Shown here: piece by piece, positions 40,300 through 55,511 of the stretch
Position numbering within the stretch: the stretch's first letter is position 1
Layout: every line of letters begins with the position of its first letter
DNA from: Octopus sinensis
Taxonomy: Eukaryota
DNA: 64,000 nucleotides
Assembly (NCBI RefSeq): GCF_006345805.1
Contig: NC_043004.1
Coordinates: 64,170,001 to 64,234,000, forward strand
Direction of reading: 5' to 3'
Notes under the pieces: model-generated
The model's database searches: none
What the model saw: the letters and a program-made list of their open reading frames with translations, nothing else
Told to the model about the DNA's origin: nothing
Program-made: the position numbers and the translations under genes

Positions 40300-40500
40300 T
40301 GGACTGTAACCATGCTGGGGCACCACCTTGAAGGATTTAGCGAAACAAATCGACCCTTGTATTTATTTTCATCTTTTTTTAACGTCTTCTACTTATACCA
40401 TGGTAACGTCTAAGTTGCGGGAACGTAAACAAACCAGCAGCGGTTGCCAAGCTGTGACGGGACAAAGACACACAGCAAACTTCTTACCACACAGACACAA
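40300..40500 (-). mobile_element. SINE family A, 3' half
   Basis: CATGCTGGGGCACCACCTTGAAGG..AAATCGACCC..CGGTTGCCAAGC. Confidence 0.7.
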
Positions 40501-40540
40501 ACTTCTACACACAGACACATGCACCTCACACACACATATA

Positions 40541-40576
<36 letters not shown>

Positions 40577-40874
40577 CACACACACACACACACACACACA
40601 CATACCACACACGCGCTCACATATATATATTTATACAACACACATACACACTGACATATATGTATTCCACACATACATATATATATATTACACACACATA
40701 CATATACATAAATACATGCACACAAACATACATACATACATACATACATACATACATACAAACATACATACATACATAAATACATACATACATACATACA
40801 TACATACATACATACATACACACATACATACATACATACATACATACACACATACATACATACATACAAATATA

Positions 40875-40911
<37 letters not shown>

Positions 40912-41295
40912 AAGCTGTCAACGATCGTACAATAGAAACTGGCGGAAGTTTATGAATGTAACAACACAAGACAAAATAATCCGACGAATAACGAGAACAA
41001 CAACAACAACAACAACAACAATCCTGGCGAGACATAAACAAAACAGAAAATATCGAGAGAAAGGAAGAAAAATAAACAGCAAACAACATGACATAATTAA
41101 AAGAGTAACATTTACAAGAAACATAGGTTATGTTAACAAACCGTTCATTTGAATAGAAAATGTCGCGTGCCAAAACATTGTTATTACAACCCGCCCTGAC
41201 GAACATCTCGGCGCAGCAACGTTCACACACTTTATTCTTCTCATTTTCGCTCATTTCACCAATCCACCCCTCCCTCTCTATCCCTCTATTTATTT

Positions 41296-42018
<723 letters not shown>

Positions 42019-42600
42019 ACATTCTCGACGACTTTATATTTATTCGTCTGTATCTCGTATGTGTGTGTATGTATAACGTGTGCGCAACGTTTTGTATGTG
42101 TGTGTATATATCTATTACTTGTATGCGAGAGTATGTGTCTGATTTTGTATAACGTACATTTAATTATACGTGTGTGTGTGTGTGTGTGCAGTCGTGTGCA
42201 AGTATATGTATAAGCGTGTATGTGTTGTGTATATGTATAAGCTTATATGAATGTGTATGTGTTTATAAATATATATACACACATACATACAGAGAGAGAG
42301 AGAGGGAGAGAGAGAAAGAGAGAGCGCAAGAAAGAAAGAGAGAGCGCAAGAAAGAAAGAGAGAAGTGAAATCGCACATACATACATACACACATACATAC
42401 ATACGAACACGTAACAGTTTATCTCATTTTTTTCTCCTTCATACTCCCTCCTCTCTCTCTCTCTCTCTCCCCTTCTCCCGCGTGACATCTCGTCCCAGAG
42501 GCTTCTTGATAACATCTGGTTGGCTTAACTAAAAGAAAGAACAGCGATGACTCTTCTTGATTCATTTAACACTCGTCGGGTTCCTTTTTTGTCCCTGTAG

Positions 42601-42657
42601 CATCGCACCTCGCTTTGAGGCGTGGGTTTTACTACGAACTCTGAAAAACAATAACAA
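42601..42657 (+). other. Candidate 57-nt exon
   Basis: Acceptor TTCCTTTTTTGTCCCTGTAG and donor ACAA/GTAAGC. One open frame (IAPRFEAWVLLRTLKNNN). No homology recognised. Confidence 0.2.
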
Positions 42658-43506
42658 GTAAGCAGGACAGAAATATACACACACGCATGCATTCATCTAT
42701 CTACCATTTATGTATGCTTCTGTGCGTATTTGTGCATGCATACATACAAACATACATGCATACTTATACAAGTATGCATGTTTGTTTGATTTCCCGTATT
42801 GTATTCTCTTTTTATTTCTCGTCTTGTATTTTTTTGTGCAGTTTTTTTTTTTGTTACGTCCTGTTTGTGTTCTTACCCGTTTTACCCCGCTGCTTGGAAT
42901 TTTATTTTAATTCTCTCGCAGGAAGGCCTAGTTGACGATGTGTCCTGTCTTGCCTTCGAAACACGCTCGAGTTAACTAGCGACAGCTGATGACGGTGGAT
43001 TTTTCCTTGTGTAGCATGTCCTGTACTTGTTTATTTGTTATAAATTTTTGTTTTTTCCGTTTCTACGTCTTGTTGTGGTGTCCTGTACTCACGTATATTT
43101 ATTTATATATGCATGTATATACATGTAGATGTAGGTACGTACATATATGTTTGTATGTATGCATATATTTTATTTATTATTTATATATATATATTATATT
43201 ATATATAGATATATATAGATATAGATATATATATTATATATAATATTATATATATATATATATATATTATATACCACGCGCATACATTTTGTTTCGGGCG
43301 TGTGAGAGGTGTAAAGTATTAATAAAACAAAGAAAGCATATGCGGCATTTTAAGTTTTATAAAACGTACACGCGTTTCGGTTAATCTACGGAGAGGATTT
43401 CACAATTGTTCGTTGCAAATTTCATAATCTTAACAATACGCCTCGTCAGTAGAGGACATATTACGGTTGTGTCGCGCTCTACAGTGCACGCATTTTCATC
43501 ATTCCG

Positions 43507-43550
<44 letters not shown>

Positions 43551-43702
43551 CTATCTATCTATCTATATATCTCTATCTCTCTCTCATATATTTATATATA
43601 TGTGTGTATGTGTACATCTAACTCTATCTCCTCTCTTCTTTAGCGTGTGTGCGTGAGTAAACATATATCTATATACTCACATATACACATAGACACACAC
43701 AC

Positions 43703-43804
<102 letters not shown>

Positions 43805-43805
43805 G

Positions 43806-43870
43806 TTTCTTTATTAGCCACAGAGGGCTGCACACAGATGGGACAAATTACAAGGTAGAGCTTTTCTTTT
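43806..43870 (-). mobile_element. Isolated retroelement 3' tail with AATAAA
   Basis: Minus CCTTGTAATTTGTCCCATCTGTGTGCAGCCCTCTGTGGCTAATAAAGAAA aligns with the tail of the family D copy at 34693. Confidence 0.55.
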
Positions 43871-43925
43871 TGGGGATGGTGGTGGTGGTGGTGGTGGTGG
43901 TGGTGGTAATGGTGTGGTGGTGGTG

Positions 43926-43956
<31 letters not shown>

Positions 43957-44257
43957 TGGTGGTGGTGGTGGTGGTGGTGGTCGACGTCATCGTCGTCGTG
44001 GTTAGTCTTCAGGATGTAGTGTCACAGTAATAGCTGGATCTGTAGTCGTAACGTTTAAGAGCGACTGACGATGATGATGATGATGATGATGATGATGACA
44101 GCAACGACATCGATGACGACGACGATGAGCAATGACGAAAGAGCAAAGATGAACAAATCAAATCACCCGAGAGAGGAAACGGTTGAGAAACCGAATTTAT
44201 ATCATCCACGAGTCATCCATGTCTTCGCCATCGTCATCACCAGCAATTTCAACAGTA

Positions 44258-44288
<31 letters not shown>

Positions 44289-44432
44289 CATTATTATTAT
44301 TAATTATTATTATTATTATTATATTATTATTATTATTATTATTATTACTATTATTATTATTATTTCGTATTTCGCTTTGATGTGTGCCTTTGATATCTAA
44401 GAGTCATCTTTTGAAACGAGAAGTGTTACATA

Positions 44433-44477
<45 letters not shown>

Positions 44478-44587
44478 GTGTGTGTATGTGTTTGAGTGAA
44501 TGTATGTGCGCGTGCACGCGAGCAAAATGAAAGTGGATTTGATTGCCAGTGTCTTGTAGTAGAAGGTACTGTGTGTATAGCTATGCA

Positions 44588-44630
<43 letters not shown>

Positions 44631-45316
44631 ATATCTTTGAACACTGCCTTTCATCCTTCAGGGATCGATGAGATAAAGTACTTGTCGAGAGCAATGAATT
44701 GGCGGAATCGTTAAAAATTTTTGCGCAGTTCATTCCAGGTCTTTAAGTTCTAAGTATGCAGGTATGCGTAAAGAATTTGTCTGCATCTAACCAAAAATAA
44801 AAGTCTTGTTTAAAATATTCCCGAAAGCAAAAGACCTATTTTTACCTATACGCATGCGCATGCATACGCGTGTCTATGTTTCTATATAAGTCTATAGACA
44901 TGTCTAATAACTTCATTTACCTTCCACATTTGGAACGAGGCAGAAATGCATGAAGTTTTCTCACCAACTCCTGCTAGAACGATTTTCGTCTGTCTCCGAT
45001 ATATATTTTATTTTTTCAATGCAGCACGTCCGTAACATATGTTCTCTTTGAACGAAAACTTCAGTAAATTTGTTTTCTGCGTTGTATGCATTTACATTAG
45101 GAATGATACATAAATGCCTGTTATGATCTAATAGCGTTTCTGTTGCATATGACGGCTGTGCGTGTGAGTGAGTGAGTTCATATGAATGTCTGTTTAAATT
45201 TATGCATATTCATGTACTGGGGTTGATTCGTTGGGCTGAAATTTTTCAGGGCGATGCTCCAGCATAGCCGCAGTCTAATGACTGAAACAAATAAAAGGAT
45301 AATAGAATAAAAGAAC

Positions 45317-45351
<35 letters not shown>

Positions 45352-46135
45352 TGCATACATATATATACACATACATACATACATACATACATACATACAT
45401 ACATACAAACATATATATATATATAAGAATTTTTTGCGTAATAAGATAAAAAACCAAGGCTGTGTAGATATTAGAGCATTTATCTACACACCCTTGGTTC
45501 TTTATTTTATTACGCAAAAATTTCTTATATACACACACTGACATAGAACCAACATTGAACCCCTTATTCGCAAAATTACCGATTCTGGAACTTAACTATG
45601 GTCTGTCTATAGCACTTATTCAGCATTACCTGACACCTTTGGGTCTCAATGACACCATTACCTCTTATAACGTCAACTACATATATATATATATGTATGT
45701 AAAAATGTTTGTGTATATACATATATAAATACACACACAGAGAGGCATACATACATATACGTGTGTGTGTGTGTGTGAAGCTGTAGACAGTGTCATGTAG
45801 CAGACTACGATGTCACTTGTAAAATATGGTGAATTATTGATTTAAAGAATGCCAATTCTCTGTTGGATTCTCAAACAACAAGGGTTTCTTACCGAATCCC
45901 CTCAGTACGCAAGTGTTGCTGTTCTGTCCGTTTTCATCCCGAAGGACATCTGAATTCTGTTACACTTGATACCATCGAGATGTCACGGCTGATGGCGAAT
46001 CCACCAGATCGTTAATCGAAGTCACTCGTAACGATCACTAGTATGGCGTTTCAAATAACACCTATACATAATGCATGAATGTATTGGGTGCATCTAATTT
46101 GTGTGTGTGTGTGTGTGTGTGGTGTGTGTGTGTGT

Positions 46136-46167
<32 letters not shown>

Positions 46168-46328
46168 CGTGTGTGTGTGTGTTCCTATACACTGATGTAT
46201 CTTTTACTATTATGTCGGTTATATGTATAGGTATTAACGTATGTATATGGACATATAAACATGTACATATGCATATATTCAACACACACACATATACATA
46301 CATACATGTATATATATATATATATATC

Positions 46329-46393
<65 letters not shown>

Positions 46394-46798
46394 CGCACAC
46401 ACACACACATATATATATTCAAATATACACACATATGCAAATATAGATACATATAAAAACACGTATAAACTCAGATATGACTTACATATATACTCACACA
46501 TACAAATATAAATACACATATTTATACCTTTACATGTATATGTATGTGCGTGTGTGTTTATATGTGTGTGTGAGTGTGCCTGTATGTACCTATGAATATA
46601 TGTATGTCTGGATGAATATTTCTATGTGTGTATGCGTATGCTGGTACGTAATTCAGAATCATGTGACATTATGAAATATAATTTGGATACGAAACCGTGA
46701 GATTTTCACGAATGAAGAGATATCTAAGTAGATATCACGTCAAATCACATTTTATCCTCGCTTACATGCATACATGCATACATACATACATACATACA

Positions 46799-46832
<34 letters not shown>

Positions 46833-46845
46833 CATACATACATAA

Positions 46846-47117
46846 CTGGCATTCCGTCGGTTACGACGTCGAGCGCTCTAGTCGATCCGATCAACGGAAC
46901 AGCCTTCTTGTGAAATTAACGTGCAAGTGGCTGAGCACTCCACACACACGTGTACCCTTAACATAGTTCTCGGTGAGATTCAACGCGACAAGGCTGGCCC
47001 TTTGAATTACAGGTACAACTCATTTTTGCTAGATGAGTGGACTGGAGCAATGTGAAGTAAAGCGCCTTGCTCAAGAATACAACGCGCAGCCGAGGATCGA
47101 ACTCACGTGCCTACGAT
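46846..47117 (-). mobile_element. SINE head C with tail Z
   Basis: GGTGCGCAGCTTAGTGG head, GAGTTCGATCC B-box, and a tail shared with 26731. Confidence 0.88.
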
Positions 47118-47348
47118 CGTGAGTCGAAAACCCTAACCACTAAGCTGCGCACCTTCACAGATACATACATACATGAAATACATACATATATACATACAAA
47201 CGTACATATACACATACATACAGACGTACAGACATACATGCATATATATATATACATACATATACATACACACACATACATACGTGCATACACATATACA
47301 TACATGCACACATACATACATACATACATACATACATACATACATACA

Positions 47349-47381
<33 letters not shown>

Positions 47382-48282
47382 TTATATACGTACCAGTCTA
47401 CATATGTGAATGACTGTGCGTCAGTGTACGCATCTATGTATCTATATGTGTTTGTCTCTATGTATGAGAGAATAAATGAAATATTATATGAGCAAATAAC
47501 AATACCTATATCTGTGTGAAAGCAAACGCAGTGCATGTGTATTAAGTCGTAACGGTTAAGTGCGACTAATCTTTGAAAATCTTTGAAAAACGGAGATAAA
47601 AAATGTTATTGTGTTATTTCAATTGTTATAATTTTGGCTACTTAGATTTAACTATTTGGAGGTAGATAATTGCAAAATAGATATTGCGAAGAATGTCTGC
47701 AATAACCAAGCATCTCTGAACATCATTTTTGGAATAAGATCAATAATTTTTCATTTAAACAAAGCTAGCAACGAAAATTTGTGAAACTGGCTTGTATATA
47801 AGGTGCGACGTATATAAGAATCGATTGTAGCAGTTGAAACACGAGAGACGTTGTTTCTTTCAGAACCCAGATACACTTAGAGTAGGAGGAAGGGTTACGC
47901 TAAATAGCCTTTTGAGTCACTGAAATGTGTGAGCATGATGATAAAGTCTTATTTTAAAGCAGTTACATTAAGACCAAATAAAAATGATGGAGTACAATTG
48001 TCATCGTATTTGATATTAGCACAATGGATTAAAAACGTTTGAAAATCGTTCTCCTAAAATCATGATCTGTAAAGAAGCGAAACTTGGACTTCTGTTAAGT
48101 ATACACCGATGCATTGAGTACCAGCGATGAATAAGATCCGGGGTTGAGGTGATGGAGTGACACACGTGAAAGCGGAGACTCTAGTATGGCCGCTATCCAG
48201 TGACTGAAACCGATAAAAGAATAAAGTAATATCTTTTTATAGATGTGTATATAAGTGTACGACTAACCGTTCATGTATGTTT

Positions 48283-48631
48283 CAATAAAAATTTTTTTTT
48301 TCTTTTATTATTTTACTTGTTTCAGTCATTTGACTCCGGCCATGCTGGAGCTCCGCCTTTAGTAGAACAAATCGACCCCAGAACTTATTCTTTATAAGCC
48401 TAGTACTTATCCTATCGGTTTCTTTTGCTGAACTGCTAAAGTTAAGGGAACGTAAACACACCAACATCGGTTGTCAAGCTATGGTGGGGTGGGGGGAAAA
48501 AACACAAACTTTCACAAGGCTTTGGTCATCCCGAGGCCATAGTAGAAGACATGCCCAAGGTGCCACGCAGTGGGACTGAACCCGGAACCATGTTGGGAAG
48601 CAAGCTTCTTACCACACAGCCACGCCTACAC
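48283..48631 (-). mobile_element. SINE family A, near full length with an internal deletion
   Basis: Head, core and 3' tail all match the family A copies. Confidence 0.88.
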
Positions 48632-48758
48632 ATATAGGTAGCTTGAAAGACAGAGAAATTAGAGAAGTGAGAGAGGTGGCGCACTTCCTTTTAATTAAGT
48701 CAGATAGATTAAAATGTATTTCAACAAAACTCTTAACGAGCATAAGGCATGTGTACAC

Positions 48759-48806
<48 letters not shown>

Positions 48807-49516
48807 TAATAATAATAACAATAATAATCACTTTGATGGCATGCACTGCTCTCTCACTCAATAATAATAATAATAATAAGTGTAACAACAACAAATATAT
48901 ATATAAACATACATTTATATACATACATATATGCTTACATAAATTCTTAACATATCTAGAATAAACACATACATACATACATACATACATACATACATAC
49001 ATACATACATACATACATACATACATACATACGCATACAAGCACGATCGCCTAACATCAGATTTGCGTGTATCTACATAAGTACGTGAATAAGTATTTAT
49101 AAGTGTCTCATAAATTAACTAGTAGTTGCTACGTAGGGTTTCAGATGCGCTTTAGATGCTCGTCAGACAACACCATCGAAGCAATTGTACGTGCTTTCAC
49201 AAAAACGTGTATCGAACACGCTTTACATATATGTGAGCGTCTGCGCGAGTGTGCGTGTACGTGTATATACGTATGCATGTATGTATGTGCGTGTATGTGT
49301 GTGTGTTTGAAGAACAATATCCTCATTAATCATTGCAGCACATACGAAATCTGTTCGAATGTGCGTTAAAGCAGCTATTTAAGTCTTAGTCATTTAAAAT
49401 ATTTTTTCTCCACCATGCCGATTCTTCAACCACCCCTGCCCCTTCCCTGATTCTTCACTTTCTTTTAGCCACTTCTATCCGCCCCCCACTCTCTTCTATA
49501 CAGATGTGTGTGTGTG

Positions 49517-49573
<57 letters not shown>

Positions 49574-49660
49574 GTGTATATGTACATATATGTATATGCA
49601 TGTGTATATATATAGATATGAATATATATATATATATTATATATATATATATATATTATA

Positions 49661-49698
<38 letters not shown>

Positions 49699-49866
49699 GT
49701 GTGGTGTGTGTGTGTGTGTGTGCATCCGTCTGCATCATACTCTTTCTGATTCGCCCTCTATAGTTATTTCTTTCCTTCTTTCTTTCTTTCCACACACTCT
49801 CGCCCCTACCTCACCCACACCTACACCCACTCATTATCTTATCTGAGTATCTACCCAGTTCCTTCC

Positions 49867-49905
<39 letters not shown>

Positions 49906-50554
49906 CTTTCATTCACCTCACCAGTTATAATTACCTCACTGACTAATTAAGATATCCTTGCTTGTATCAAGTCTACCTCATTAGAGAATACCCCGCACAT
50001 ACACACACACACACACACATAGATGCACGTACAATAAATCTAGTTCTCTTCTAACTTACACACACATATACATATATACAATATAAACAATGACATACCC
50101 ATATACCGTATTTTCCTACATATATCCATGCTTATATACATAACTACACACTAACATACATAGATATGTACACAGGTATTCAGACAATATACATACAAGC
50201 ATATATATATATATATACATACAAGCATATATATATATATATTAACATACATGCATATATTTACACGTACATATGCACATGTATACACATACATATTCAC
50301 AAATACTCATACACAGTTACATGCATTCATATATATATATACATCCAATTATATTCTTGAAGGACACAATACATGTTTTAAGTGCTACTAATAGTTTCAT
50401 ACGTTGAGAAATATCTCAAACATATTCATCAAACACAAACCACGTATGAACCTATTATAACCACTTAAAGATATGTATTGTGTCCTATAAATGAATAATA
50501 TTTATCTCTCGCCAGATGGAGTACTTTTGTTGTTGAAATTTCTATCATGGAACA

Positions 50555-50885
50555 GTACATTATATATATATCCTTATTTTTTGCCTGCTTCACGTATCAA
50601 ACAGTGGTCATGCCGGGCTGGAGCACTCTCCTTAGAAAATATTTGACAAGCGAATCAACCCCTTATATCTTTTTCAAGCCTGCTACTTATTCTATTGGAG
50701 GATTTTGCCTTACTGCAATGTTATGCGGAAATATACAAACCAACCCCGGTTGTCAAGTGACAGCATGGACAAACATAAACACGAAGACGCACACACACAC
50801 ACGCTATATATATATAAGTGAGAGATCTTTCAGTTTGCATCTACCGAATCCACTCGCAAGACTTTGGTCGGCCTGGGACTATAGT
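50555..50885 (-). mobile_element. SINE family A, 5'-truncated
   Basis: GCCTGCTACTTATTCTAT..CGGTTGTCAAG..GAATCCACTCGCAAGACTTTGGTCGGCC..CTATAGTA. Confidence 0.75.
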
Positions 50886-51000
50886 AATATATATATACTT
50901 GCATACATTCACACATACATACATACTTATGTGTGTGTGTATGTATGTGTGTGTGTATGTGTGTGTGTGTGTCTCTGTGTGTGTGTGTGTGTGTGTGTAG

Positions 51001-51120
51001 TTGAAATTTATAGAAAAACAAAAGACGGAGACAGGGGTATTAGTTAGACGCTCGGGAAAATGAAAAAGTCTTTTACGTTTCGAGCCTACGCTCTTCAACA
51101 GAAAGGAATAAGAGAAAATC
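51001..51120 (-). ncRNA. Dispersed repeat carrying a hammerhead-like motif (copy 2)
   Basis: Minus strand 51105 to 51070: CTTT-CTGTTGA-A-GAGC-GTAG-GCTC-GAAAC-GTA-AAAG. Confidence 0.5.
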
Positions 51121-51656
51121 ACATACATACATAGTAAGTACATGCGTACATACATACATACGTACGTACATTGGTAACTACATACACTCAGGCACATATT
51201 CCACACATACACACAAGCATACAAAACGTTGATTCATCTATTCATTAATTCACACCCATCTATACACACTGCTGTGCCGTGAGTTATATAACAACCCACG
51301 TGGCATTAAGGTAACAATTACAAGACATTGTAATGATTACCACAAAACAAAACAAAAAGAAAAACAAACAAAAGTAAGCAGTAACAACACCTGTTAGTCA
51401 TGATTTAGAGGTTTCCAGCAGCTTGGTCGATGGAGTAGTGTTGCTTGGATAGGGGCTTCCTAACCTTACTTCCACAAACCTTATACATATCAACCCACTG
51501 CAGAGAAAACCTAACTTTACATCACTTGAAAAATATACACATCAAGGAGGATTATTCTACTAGAAATAGCAGCCAAATCTCCCTCACTTCATACTATGCT
51601 GTCTTAGGAAAAACAAAATTTGACAATGTGGCACACACTTCCCTCTCTCTTCCCTC

Positions 51657-51708
<52 letters not shown>

Positions 51709-51729
51709 TTCTCTCGCTCTCTCTCTCTC

Positions 51730-52143
51730 TGGCCAGGTAACCATGTACTTCCTCTATAGCGAGACACCTGTTTCTGCGTCTCTGTCACACTCTAACCTTT
51801 CACCCCTTCCAATGCTTCCTCCCCTCTCAAAATTCCTCGTCTTGCAAGTTACTTAGTGACCCTACCGGTGCTGGTGCCACGTAAAAAGCATCCAGTCTAG
51901 ACTGTGAAGTGGTTGGCACTTGGAAGGGCATCCAGCTGTAAAAACCATGCCAAAACTGACCTCGCCTGTGCTGGTGTCTCGTAAAAAGTACTCTGTCTAC
52001 TCTATGGGGTGGTTAGTGTTAGGAAAGGCATCCAACCATAAAAACGATGCCAAAACAGACACAGCAGCCTGGTGTAGTCATCTACCTGGCCGGTTCCTCT
52101 CAAACCGTCCAACCCATACCAGCATGGAAGACGGACGTTAAAC
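51730..52143 (+). mobile_element. Interspersed repeat with an internal duplicated unit of about 95 bp, probably a retroelement 3' end
   Basis: GTGCTGGTG.C.CGTAAAAAG..GGAA.GGCATCCA..TAAAAAC.ATGCCAAAAC occurs twice. Ends CAGCATGGAAGACGGACGTTAAA. Confidence 0.55.
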
Positions 52144-52271
52144 CTTTTTAAGGTATTCTCTACAGATATTCGATAAAAATTATAGCCAGCACTGATTTCT
52201 GTTACATTTCGTATTCGAGACGTCAGATGCAAACAATGTGAGTATTAAGGACCTGTAGAAACAAGTCATTA

Positions 52272-52321
<50 letters not shown>

Positions 52322-52323
<2 letters not shown>

Positions 52324-52631
52324 AGTGATCACGTGACCCACCAGGCTATCAGATGTTGCTACACATCGCTGGTCACAATGCGCTTCGCATTGTTTTAGCC
52401 ACCCAGGGACGCCACCCAGCTGGCTAAGCGAGCAGGCCAACAGAAGAAAGAGTGAGAGAAAGTTGTGACGAAAGAGTACAGCAAGGATCGCCACCAGCCC
52501 CTGTCGGTGACTCGTGGAGCTTTTAGGTGTTTTCGCTCAATAAACACTCACAACGCTCGGTCTGGGAATAGAAACCGCGATCCTACGACCGCGAGTCCGC
52601 TGCCCTAACCACTGGGCCATTGCGCCTCCAC
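52322..52631 (-). mobile_element. SINE with a family B head and body but tail X
   Basis: Matches family B up to CTCACTCTTTCTTC, then switches to GCCTGCTCGCTTAGCCAG..GCATTGTGACCAGCGATG. Confidence 0.85.
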
Positions 52632-52634
52632 ACA

Positions 52635-52674
<40 letters not shown>

Positions 52675-54511
52675 CAATAGTTAAGTAGGATTCAGAGATC
52701 TGAGTATAGGAAGTTGGTAAGCTTTAATAGGCAAATATTATAGAGAACAAAAAGTGGACAAATATACGATAAAATAGATTTATTAGCAACGTAAGTTAGA
52801 CATTTCTTCTTGTATCTAAGTTAAAAGGGAATTGCAATAAGCGGGTTATTTCCATACAGCTATAAAGGTCAAAACCCCCTTCAGTTATGAATGACCATGG
52901 TATTGCGCCTAGAAAGTTACCCTCCGAAGCACAATGATCACAGATATTCCAACTGTGACCATCACGGTTATTTTAGATATTTGTATGACCATATACATTA
53001 CCAAACGTGTCTTCTTAAACAAAACAGGCGTATGTGTATTTGAGTTTCATTTGGTTGCTATTTCTAGTAGATCGTGTGACCACGTAGAGCACTCTCTTAA
53101 TAACCACCACTACTACCATACTACCACAACCACTCTTCATTTGTTCTCGATCAGATTGAGTTTAAAACGAAAACATCAGCAGAAAAAAAAAAACTTAGAT
53201 GAGTCGATCAAACACGATGCCGCCGCCGCCGCCGCCGCCGCTGCTGCCACTACAACCACTGCCGCTACTGCTGCCACCACTGGCCTACATACACACTAAT
53301 AAATATACATTGACGCCTTCTTTTTTTTTTTTTTTTTTTTCAATATTCCAATACGTGAGCGTGTGTCGCTAACAAAGACATTTGAGTCTCCACGGTCCAG
53401 TTCGTTGACTATAAATATAGATTTATTTGATAATATAGATTTAATATAGATTTCTTTTTTAACTTGGCCTATAGCCAGACTTGCAAGGTGAATAACAAAA
53501 GACTTATTTGGTCATCGAATCGATCTTGCTGGGTTTTTTTTTGTTTTTCTTTTGGTGGGAGGGGGTCATTTTTTTTAAAATATTTTTTTTTAAGCTTGTA
53601 CCCTTCTTTCTTTATTTTATTATATTATTGACCTCCGGTGAAATTTGAACTCAGCACGTTGATGAAAGGAAGTTAAAATAATGATTTATATACCATTGGC
53701 ACAAGGCCACACATTTCGGGAAGTAGGGAAGACATATAGTTAATTAAATGGCGGAGTTTCGTAATAGCTATCGCTGCCTCATGGGAAAATATAAGGTCAA
53801 AGAATTGGGTGGGGTTTTTTTTTTGTTTTTTTTTTTTTTGCAGTTTCAGTTTTTCTAGTATTCGGGTGTCTCATACAACGAGAATTATGATTCTGAAAGA
53901 TCTTTTTTTTTTTTTTCGTAAAAATTTTACTTGTTTATATTTTTGCCTTCCAATTTCGTGTCTTCTTTTCCTTCCGCTATGAGATAGTAATAGCTATTCC
54001 GAAACTCCATCAATTAAATTTTCCCCCACTGCTTTTTATTTTATTGACAGCGGAAGGATGAAAGTCAAAAAATTGACTCCGGCGGGAATTGAACTTAGGA
54101 ATATAAATATTGATTTTGAAAAATAGGCTCAAGGCTAGAATTTTTTTTCAATTCTTTATGCTATATTTATTCATTTTTTTCTTTTTTTTAAGAGAGAGAG
54201 ACAAGGTATTAGTCGATTAAATCGATCCCAGCACTTTATTTGGTCGCCATTAACAGTCTGTGTTGCTGTCATCATCGCTATCGTCGTTGTTGCTTAAGTC
54301 CAGATTAAACCTAACCGAATGATTAAATGCTTTTCAACCTTGACCATCCCTCCTGTATATTTCTATACATTATAAACAACTTTGTTCAATGTGTCCTAAT
54401 TTATTAAAGACAGTAGGATGTCCTCTCGAGGTGACCTGGCTGCTATTTTTTTAGCAGATTCCATTGTTAGTTCGCTGACTTTTTTAGGGCAAAAAAAAAA
54501 CATACTCTCAC

Positions 54512-54937
54512 TTTTTTCTTTTACTCTTTTGCTTGTTTCGGTCATTTGACTGCGGCCATGCTGGAGCACTGCCTTTAGTCGAGCAAATCGACTTATTCTT
54601 TGGAAGCCTAGTGCTTATTCTATCGATCATTTCTGCCGAACCGCTAAGTTACGGGGACGTAAACACACCACCAAGCGACGATGGGGGAACAAACACAGAC
54701 ACACAAACATATACACACACATATATACATATACACGACACAGATACACACATATATATATACATATACACGACTGGCTTCTTTCAGTTTCCGTCTACCA
54801 AATCCACTCACAAGGCTTTGGTCGGCCCGAGGCCATAGTAGAAGACACTTGCCTAAGTTGCCACGCAATGGGACTGAACTCGGAACCATGTGGTTGGTAA
54901 GCAAGCTACTTACCACACAGCCACTCCTGCGCCTATA
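54512..54937 (-). mobile_element. SINE family A, full length and young
   Basis: Complete from TATAGGCGCAGGAGTGG to GACCGAAACAAGCAAAAAGA. Confidence 0.92.
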
Positions 54938-55174
54938 GGTTAAATGAAATAAAATAATCACTCTTTATTGTTGTTTCTTTGTTAGTTTAGCGAAGACATT
55001 ACGAGTGATATCAACTACCAACAGACTTTTCAGTTGCGTTCATCCTGCCTGTAATGTTAGATCCATCATGGACTTGTCTCAATGCTGTCTCATAGTCGTA
55101 AAAATTCTGTATGTATACTCTCATAGTTTTGTATGTATATTTATATCGGTCTCATAGTTTTGTATGCATATTTA

Positions 55175-55511
55175 GGCGTTCCTTCGTTTTAACTCGACAA
55201 AACTATAACAATACCTCGGTTGTTTCCGTGACAACTCGACAATTCACTTCGGATATCTTCGTGACGTTCGAAAATTTGCGGATTTTATATATACACATGA
55301 AGCAGGTAAGAACAAATATGCAAGGTTTTTTGCTGGCATAATTTCGTTATATCTATATTCCACAACACATAAATACAAAAAAAAAAAAAAACAAAAAAAA
55401 AAACGCACACTGTCACGGAGGTCACGAAGATATCCGAAGCGAATTGTCGAGATGTCACGGAAACAACCGAGGTCTTGTTATGGTTTTGTCGAGTTAAAAC
55501 AAAGGAACGCC
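55175..55511. mobile_element. MITE, 337 bp, with 91-bp TIRs (possibly PIF/Harbinger)
   Basis: Arms 55175-55265 and 55421-55511 differ at 5 of 91 positions and start GGCGTTCC. Flanks are TTA (left) and GTA (right). Superfamily is tentative. Confidence 0.8.

Noticed and set aside
43875-44240. GGT/GGC/GAT-rich stretch resembling a low-complexity exon
   Set aside because: Every frame is closed by stops near the repeats, and there is no consistent exon structure.
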